From Eledone cirrhosa (Eukaryota): DNA of 64,000 bases. Shown piece by piece: positions 55,874 to 64,000 of this stretch; position 1 is the stretch's first letter, and every line of letters starts with the position of its first letter. The notes under the pieces are model-generated. The model made no database searches. It was not told the DNA's origin and worked only from the letters and a program-made list of their open reading frames with translations. The stretch is from the NCBI GenBank assembly GCA_964016885.1, contig OZ024740.1, forward strand, positions 163,990,001 through 164,054,000. The letters run 5' to 3'. Position numbers and translations under genes: made by a program.

Positions 55874-55928
55874 ACTGCAATATACATTTCGGTGACAGCC
55901 ATCTTTCGCTGTGATCTCTTCAGGCAGT
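55874..55928 (-). ncRNA. type I hammerhead motif (inverted copy of 57309-57363)
   Basis: actgc-CTGAAGA-gatcacagc(gaaagatg)gctgtcacc-GAAA-tgtata-TT-gcagt. Confidence 0.65.
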
Positions 55929-57308
55929 CCGAATTGGTGTGGTAGAGACGGGTACACATTGTGCCTTGCAGATGAAGAAATAAGATAAAGTAAAATGGGG
56001 AAATAAAAGAATATATATGGGGAAATGAAGAAAATAAAAAAATAAAAAAAATGAAGAGAAAAATGAAGAGAAAAATAAAATGTAAAGGTAAAAAAATAAA
56101 AAAATAAAAGAATGAAATAAAGAAATAAAAAGGCAAAAAAAAAATAGTAAAAAGAATAAGATAATAAAAGAATAAAATAAGATAATCAAATAAAATGAGT
56201 GTGTGTTATAACCGATCTCAAAGTTTGAAAGATTTGGAAGATATTGACCGAAGTAGAAAGGCTGTGTCAGAATCCATCTTTACACTATCATGGTGTGGTG
56301 CGTTTTAAGAGCAAATGAGACAATGGTGGAGTTTAAAACCCCAGAACCCGAGTGTTAAAATCCGGAAATGCAGAGGACTACAGTTCCCATTTTGGCATAG
56401 AGCACATATGCGTGTATGTCAACTCACATCGTTCCAAGCACACACGCACAGACACAGGCCCAGGTGCATCTCTTAAGCACCCCCCACACATACACACACA
56501 CACATTAAAAACCCCCACACCCACCCCCACACACATTAACCCTCCCCCCACACACACACACGTACACACACACACACACACATGCACACGCACACACACC
56601 CACCCGCACACACACATGTAAGTATCTGCATGTACAATCTTAACTAACAGTATCTATATATGGACATATGCATCAGTATGTGTTGTCACAGGAGTCGATC
56701 GAGGCAGGGGTATGGTGGGGCTGCTGTCCTTATAGCTAGAGGGAAGTTCCCAGCCCAATGTGTTGTTATTGTCCATATAGCTTGAGGATGGTCCCGGCCC
56801 TGAGGTATCTGCATGTCCCGGAGGGGGCCCCTATAGCTTCATTGTATTGCCTTATATTTTTTTATTTCCCCATTTTACTTTATCTTATTTCTTCATCTGC
56901 TTGGCACAACCCCTCCCCCACCACCACGAGAAATAGTGGCAGGATGGATGCCAACACACACACACACACACATTCTTCTAAAAATAGCAGCAGCCGGACT
57001 TAAGCTGACCCCAACACCAACACCACTACCAACATAAAGGAGGAGGTCAGCTGTACTTAACAAAAACAACCACTACAGATTGCCTCGCCTCAGAAAGAAT
57101 TTCTATAGACTTTTGACTGAGGAATGTTCTCACAACTGACCAATGGGAGGAGAGGGTATCCTTTGACGCTGAAATTCGTTTGTTCGAATTCATATGATTC
57201 CAGTTCCTCAGAGAAATAACAACCCAACCAGGAACTGGGTATGTCGGAGTATTGACGGAGTTAAACACCCCAACAACATGTGTACCTGTCTCTACCACAC
57301 CAATTCGG

Positions 57309-57363
57309 ACTGCCTGAAGAGGTCACAGCCAAAGATGGCTGTCACCGAAATATATATAGCAGT
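57309..57363 (+). ncRNA. type I hammerhead motif
   Basis: actgc-CTGAAGA-ggtcacagcca(aaga)tggctgtcacc-GAAA-tatata-TA-gcagt. Palindromic stem III. Confidence 0.8.
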
Positions 57364-57501
57364 AATAGACGAAGCCAAATTTTAAATATTTGAGTTATTT
57401 ATTTTATTTTACATTACTCCGGAGTAACCAAACCAACCTGCGCACTTCGTCGAATACACCTATCTGCATACTGAGGTGTCGGTAAACAACCAACATATAC
57501 T

Positions 57502-57578
<77 letters not shown>

Positions 57579-58051
57579 AATATGTATGTATTGTCTTCAC
57601 TCTTCAAGAATTCTTTTGATTTGGGAGAATGTGTTTTCACATTATATCATCCGTCAAAGTGTATTTTTCTTCTTTAATCTAAAATTAGTCAACACTAATT
57701 TTAGATTAAAGAAGTCACAATAACAGCAACAATAACAACAACAATAACAGCAGCAAAAATAACAACAACAACAGCAACAATAATAACTTCAATAGCAGGC
57801 AGGCCACCACTAGTGATCGCAGTAGTAATAACATTTTCATCATTCCACACCAAAACAATAACAAAAAATATCACAAGAACAATAGCAAGGGAAATGGTAG
57901 GAACAGTTATATAATACTCTGTCATGGCCGTTGTTAACGTCCCTATCATCATCACAACAACAATGAATCTATGAAAAATCTACTTGTGGCTCAATCTGCT
58001 AGAGGAGCAGCTAGATTTCCTCCCAAATCTTGCTAGAGCGTCTTAAAGTAG

Positions 58052-58247
58052 CAGACCTCCCAACGTCTAAAAACCCCAAACGGGGAATACCATGAAAAAA
58101 AGTACTCCAAAACGGGGAGAAATGAGGCAAAATGGGGAGATTTTACATAATGAAAGCTATACCCATTTTCAAAAGAGAAGACATCTCTCACCCACTCCAA
58201 AGTGGGTGGGAGATCTCCCCGCCCAACGGGGAGAGTTGACAAGTCTG
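58052..58247. repeat. possible small TIR element with internal aacgggga repeats
   Basis: cagacctcccaac versus gttgacaagtctg, several aacgggga/aatgggga units, no clear TSD. Confidence 0.3.
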
Positions 58248-58375
58248 AAATAGGTCACATTTAATAGTGTCGTGCTGAGTATAGAATATCGGATACAAGA
58301 TGGGATCGTCATGGCTGGAATGCCTTATGAGTCTTTTGAACCAGGGGTACCGATGATGATGATAACGAGGAATAA

Positions 58376-58577
58376 TAATTGTTTTTACATTCAGCACAAG
58401 GCCAGCAATTTGAAGAGAAGGAGAAAGTCGATTAAATCGACCCTAGTGCGTTATAGGTACTTTACTTTTCGACACCACAAGGATGAAAGGCAAAGCTAAC
58501 CTCGGCGTGATTTGAACCCGGAACGTAGAGGACCGCAACTCTATACCGTAAAGCATATTGTCCGACACACTACCGAT
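58376..58577 (-). mobile_element. tRNA-derived SINE, diverged
   Basis: Core aaggatgaaaggcaaagctaacctcggcg and B box complement gatttgaacc. Confidence 0.75.
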
Positions 58578-59337
58578 AATATAATAATAGCCATGATTAA
58601 AAAAATAACAAAAAGCAATGTTCAAAACTACACATTTTGAGGGATCGATGCACTTGATTTAATCTTACTAAGTACGTAACTACTACTTATTTTATCGTTC
58701 CTGGGTAGATGAAAAGTAAAGTTGAATTCAGTTGATTTGAGTTCAGAATGTAAAGGAATGCCCATAAGTATCACCGGTCATCTCGTTCTGCATCCTTCCG
58801 ATTCTGATATCCATAGATTATAAAATATCACACTGTCCCTTGAACGAAGTAAAGCAATGTCAGTCACCGATAGTCAGCACGGTGGTCTCTCTGCTCGTGA
58901 GAAACCTTGCTTAAACTCAGTTGCAGTCATCATGGACTTATGTATATAATTATATAAGGAGGGGAAGTAGCAGAGTTTTTAGGACGTCACATAGAATAAT
59001 TTTCCTTATCGATTCCTACTCTCTGATTTTGAATCCCGTCGAGTTGAAATTTGTCTTTCATCTTTTTGACATCTATAAATGAAATACCAGTTCAACACAG
59101 GAACGATTCTTCATCTATATCTTATTTTCGATTTTTCTTATCGTCTTAAATTTCTTTTTACTTCTACTGGTTTAAGTAATCAGACTGTGGAAATTCTGGA
59201 GCACCACTTTTACGGGTGTTTATCGGATCATAATTCATTTCAGCTGGGTATTTATTTTATTGATTTCTTTTCATCAAATGTAGTTAACATAAAGAGACAC
59301 AATTCGACGCACCTTTGTACACAGGTAAATACGTTCA

Positions 59338-59459
<122 letters not shown>

Positions 59460-59582
59460 GGAGGTGAGTTTTATTGTAGTAATAAAGCAATGCAGATATC
59501 GGATAAGAAGCACTCTACAATTTGTAGGACTGGAGTATACATAATATATAAGAACAAAAGATGGTTAAAGGAGTTCCATGTA

Positions 59583-59649
59583 TTTTATTATGCGCATTTC
59601 AAAAACAAATATCATCATGCAATAATATTTGTGTTTTCATCAGATAAAA
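59583..59649 (-). ncRNA. type I hammerhead motif
   Basis: Reverse complement of 59774-59840. Confidence 0.8.
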
Positions 59650-59773
59650 CAGGAAGACATGATATGAAGGTTAAAAAACACTTGTGGATAGTGCAGTTTT
59701 AAATCAACATATGATATGTTGATTTAAAACTGCACTATCCACAAGTGGATAACCTTCATATCATGTCTTCCTG

Positions 59774-59840
59774 TTTTATCTGATGAAAACACAAATATTA
59801 TTGCATGATGATATTTGTTTTTGAAATGCGCATAATAAAA
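59774..59840 (+). ncRNA. type I hammerhead motif
   Basis: ttttat-CTGATGA-aaacacaaatat..atatttgttttt-GAAA-tgcgca-TA-ataaaa. 6-bp stem I and palindromic stem III. Confidence 0.8.
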
Positions 59841-59872
59841 TACATGGAACTCCTTTAACCATCTTTTGTTCT

Positions 59873-59957
<85 letters not shown>

Positions 59958-59959
<2 letters not shown>

Positions 59960-60510
59960 CGAGTGTGCTTCAAAAGTTCGTGGGAAAAGGGCAGTTGGAA
60001 AAAACGGTTTAAGTTATGATGTTTCTTTTTCAACATATGCCCCATCTAGGCCAATACACTTTTGCAAACGTTGATACCAGCCTTTAAATCCATCTGTGTA
60101 AAACAGAGGTTCATGCAATTTAAACCATGTCAAAGCAGCTTTTTTTCATTTCAACTGGGGATCATCTTCAACCTCATCTCTTCCACTTCTACAACGACTT
60201 ATCCATTTGTAGGCTGTTGATTTCTTTGGAGCATTGTCTCCATAAACTTACTCCAGAGCGTCAATGATTTTGCTGCTCTTCCACCCTAGCTTCACCATAA
60301 ATTTGATATTTTGTTGGAGGTCATGTTGCTCGAGCGGGTGCTAACTTCCGACTGGCAGCGCTACCTTGCAACATGCATTTAAGGGTTCACGTTAGAACAT
60401 GTTATGACACCTTAGTACAAGAACGTACAGGCGTATTGAGATGAAAAAAAACCCTGCATATGATTTTCAGCTATGTACATTTTCCACGGACTTTTAGAAA
60501 CCCTTTCGTA
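59958..60510 (-). mobile_element. internally deleted mariner DNA transposon
   Basis: Imperfect TIRs (tacgagtgtgcttcaaaagttcgtgg / ccacggacttttagaaaccctttcgta) with TA ends. Minus strand has NIKFMVKLGWKSSKIIDALE*VYGDNAPKKSTAYKW and FYTDGFKGWYQRLQKCIGLDGAYVEK. Confidence 0.85.
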
Positions 60511-60939
60511 TATCTGCCACTGCATTATTTTCATAGAGCAAATTCTGCTCTCAAAGCGTCGATAAAGCCGAATATACAGCAGCAGAAACATACTGAGTTT
60601 ACCACGATGTGAGATCGAACCTGAAGTCACATGATTGCCAAGTTGACTTCATAAGCACCCGGCTCTATCAACATGTCGCATTATCAATGATAATTATTTT
60701 CTAATCAGTATTGCCTTCAAATTAAGAGATCTGTCGTACATCATTGTTTGACATTGTTTTCACTAACTAGATTTGATTCCAATCGATATAGCATACATAC
60801 CACCGATTCACATATCTAATATCACATCAGTAGACTTTGAATGAAATAAAACAGACGGCCAAATAACTGGTCAAATTAGTTCGTTCAAAGGTAGAGAAAT
60901 CTAGTAACTCAAATTCACTCATCCACACATTCTCTGTTG

Positions 60940-61049
<110 letters not shown>

Positions 61050-61267
61050 CTCTTTCTGTCTGACGTGTGGAATATCGCCGGTAAGTTTTTTGTTAATTTC
61101 TATGCAAAAAACCGATCTAATTGTTTGAAAAAAATACAACACTTTGTAGATTAACCCCCAAGCTGAATTGTCAGCTGGGTGGTAATCCCATTTTTCGCCC
61201 CTGTAGGGGCGAACATTTTAATTAAAAAATTTTGTTTTAAAATATCAAATTTTACAAAGTAAAAAAC

Positions 61268-63138
61268 TTGAGCAACACTAGAACGCTGGAGAACGTTAAT
61301 AGAGAAAAGAGAGAGAAAGAGGCAGATATTAACGTTATATCTGCTTCTGCTGCTATGGACGTTGCCATAGAGACAAGTGTTACAAAAGAAAAAAATATAT
61401 CAACATTTGAAAATTTTACAATTTCTACCGCCGAAGCGGAGAAAAATGACAATAACACACAGGAAAACACGGCAAAAAAACCCATTGACATACATACACA
61501 TGAAAAAGACATCAACAACTCTACAGATACATCTACACATAAAATTTCCAACAACGATAACATCATTATCAACAACAACATCACACAAAAAAAGAAAATG
61601 TCTTTCGCTGACACAGTCAACAAGAAACAAGATTTTATAAATCTTGATATCTCCAACGCAAGAGATATGCTCCAGCAAGGGAGAAAATTTGTAACTTTCG
61701 AAGAAAGAGGTGGGTTTAGAATTAACTCACCCCTTGAAATAAAGGAAGACACAAACCGCTGATCAGTCACTTTTAGGACTGTGTCAAATTCGTCAAGAAA
61801 ACCGACATTTGTTAATCAGTCAGATATAGAAGATTCTTTCAAGGAGATTCTAGCAAATGTCGATTTTCTCCAGCGAGGAAAACAGTACGGAAGTGTTTCC
61901 GTACTGTTAAAAAGCGAGACACTCGCTCAAAAAAACTCTGTGACACCAATAGTGTCAAAAGCATACACCTTTTTCCCTACATACATGGGGAAAAGGACAC
62001 AAAAAATAAAAATAAAAAACAAACCTCCAAGCATTAACATCTGGTGGATCTTGGCTGGCTTCGTAGAGCCAGAAACAGACATAATACTTTCGATACGAAA
62101 ATCCATTCGACAAAGGTGGGCGGGCACCGATTTGGAGATTCTGTTGCAAATGAAACCGGAGAGAATCTCCAAAATACCCGAAAGAGTCGTTATTGATAAT
62201 AACAACAAAATAAACATTTCGGTAGAAGGACGAAAATTTCACTGCTTTCGCTGTGGTAGCATATCTCACCTAAAAGCCTCTTGTCCACAAACACACAACA
62301 ACAACATCATAAAAAAAACGCTATTACCAACACCAACACCAAAACAACCACCACCACCACCTCAAGTACAACGACAGACGAAACGAGCAACCACACCAAA
62401 ACAAACAGACACTCAACCAACAACAACAGAAAAAACAGAGACAACACCCCTGAAGAACACATCCCCACTCCATCAAACACTACCACAAACACACATACCG
62501 AAACACCACCACCACCACACAACATACCCTTACCCCACACACCTGACGATGATTATTCATCGACGGATGAAGCTGCTTCTCCTTCTTTAAGTGAAGAAGA
62601 GGGAGAACCGCGGAAATCCAAAAAACAAAAAAAGAGACACCACAAAACCCACAAAACTCCAATCACCAACACCAACACACAACCACAGACACAAACAACA
62701 ACACAAACAACACCACAGTCAAACATCCCCCTATCAGCAAAACCAGCACCAACACCACCCCAAATACAAGCACCCACCATAAAAAGAAAACTCCCGGATG
62801 AACAACAAACTAAAACAATACAACAAAAACACAAACAACAATACGCATACATCAACACAAACAACAAGAGTTTGATGGAGGTCATCTCCCAAAACCCCAA
62901 GGTGGAGACGGAGGGCAAAACTTTCGTCAAGGCAGAATCGTCTCCACACCTTAAACTTATAAGGGTTTCTATGGAAACCTATAAAGACCTGAAAATTAAA
63001 TTTTCACAGGACGTGGGCAATCCCTGCCACAAACCCATCAACCGCGTCCTGTTGAAAGGTTTCCCCACCCCACCCAATACCCCATCCAGCACCCAAATGG
63101 AGATTGAACAAACCGATCTCCAGGAAACGAAAAGGTAA
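61268..63138 (+). pseudogene. LINE ORF1 with a CX2CX4HX4C knuckle, disrupted
   Basis: CFRCGSISHLKASC. In-frame TGA at 61760 between same-frame ORFs, and a frameshift in the Pro/Thr-rich region (about 62310-62460). Start codon uncertain. Confidence 0.75.
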
Positions 63139-63179
63139 GTGCACCTTTCGTCCTTTTTCTCCAACTTTTCTTCACCAAC

Positions 63180-64000
63180 ATGGCTGGTTTACGAGTTGGA
63201 ACCGTGAATGTGCGTGGCCTAGGGATGCCCTGGAAACAGGGCCAACTTTTAAACGACCTTAGGTCACACAGTATGGATGTGATAGCCATCACCGAGTCCA
63301 GAATCCACAACAGGCAGCAACTAACCCCCATCTTCGACGACTTTGAGATCTACGCATCTCTCTGTCAGCCAGGAGGTGGAGGTGGAGTGGCTGTTATGTT
63401 TCGGAAGAACCTGGACGTCGGAGTACAGCAAGTACACTTGGACCCGGAGGGTAGACTGGTAGTCCTAGACGTGAACAGTATCGGAGGTGGAGCCTTCAGA
63501 CTGGTGGTCGTTTATGCCCCGACCGGGCAATCGCAATCACGGCCAGACTTCTTTAAGCGTCTAGAGTCTTTTCTGGGAACGTCTCGCTCCTTACTTTTAG
63601 TGGGGGACTGGAATGGTATCCTAGATGCACGATGGGACTATGTGGGAGCATGTCCCAGTAGAGCGGGGTGCAACAACCTCAAAACTTTAATCGGCCAATT
63701 CCAACTGGCCGATAGGTATCGACTGGATTTCCCAACTGCACCACAGTGGACGTGGGTAAACCGCAGTGGGACATCTAGATCGTATTTAGATAGGTTCTTC
63801 ATTAGAGAAAGGGACAAGGATATGTTAAGCTGTCCACGAATGCACATGGTTGCCTATTCAGATCACAAGTTAGTCGTCTGCTTAGTCAACCGTGATAGAA
63901 TACATAGACAGGGTCCCGGATACTGGAAGCTGAACGTGTCGTTGCCGGCACGTAAAGCTTACAGTGAACGGATAAGTAAACTAGTCAAGCAACAGTTAAC
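63180..64000 (+). CDS. LINE ORF2 N-terminus, APE endonuclease (partial)
   Basis: My translation: MAGLRVGTVNVRGL..DVIAITES..GGVAV..GRLV..VYAP..LVGDWN..WTW..SYLDRF..SDH..GPGYWKLNVS, open to the window end. Not in the ORF track. Confidence 0.9.
   Translation, partial: MAGLRVGTVNVRGLGMPWKQGQLLNDLRSHSMDVIAITESRIHNRQQLTPIFDDFEIYASLCQPGGGGGVAVMFRKNLDVGVQQVHLDPEGRLVVLDVNSIGGGAFRLVVVYAPTGQSQSRPDFFKRLESFLGTSRSLLLVGDWNGILDARWDYVGACPSRAGCNNLKTLIGQFQLADRYRLDFPTAPQWTWVNRSGTSRSYLDRFFIRERDKDMLSCPRMHMVAYSDHKLVVCLVNRDRIHRQGPGYWKLNVSLPARKAYSERISKLVKQQL

Larger units (their letters stand above)
55826..57505 (+). mobile_element. PLE-type composite with inverted hammerhead-bearing arms and a one-sided tail
   Basis: 55826-55959 is inverted at 57278-57410, and 55962-56015 at 56853-56906. 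Tail 57411-57505, (TA)n flanks, no coding remnant recognised. Confidence 0.75.
61050..64000 (+). mobile_element. Tx1/L1-type LINE, 5' part (runs off the window)
   Basis: 5' UTR, gag-like ORF1 and APE-bearing ORF2. Confidence 0.9.

Noticed and set aside
57701-57965. Hydrophobic 84-aa ORF resembling a membrane protein
   Set aside because: It derives from a degenerate (AAC/AAT/AGC)n trinucleotide tract.

Overview
A eukaryotic window very rich in microsatellites and transposons, with no host gene I can support. The SINE family and repeat landscape suggest a cephalopod such as Octopus (inference). Most ORFs in the track are translations of (TA)n, (CA)n, (GA)n, (TATG)n or (TCTA)n. The real content is five groups. 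(1) An intact 1169-aa R4/Dong-type non-LTR retrotransposon (RT, CCHC, restriction-like endonuclease), a disabled inverted sister copy and a second Dong-type family; all five insertions join (TACA)n in the same register. (2) Several Penelope-like elements (PLEs) and about a dozen asymmetric inverted-repeat 'fold-back' insertions in (TA)n, many carrying hammerhead ribozyme motifs. (3) A ~600-bp non-coding element with an RTE-like 5' motif, in a tandem and inverted array inside (ATGT)n. (4) A Tx1/L1-type LINE plus two LINE 3' fragments, all adjacent to (TCTA)n. (5) tRNA-derived SINEs, an internally deleted mariner and older relics. The most notable signals are the shared tail/arm/arm fold-back architecture (in one family centred on a hammerhead stem II) and the partitioning of retroelement families among microsatellite types.
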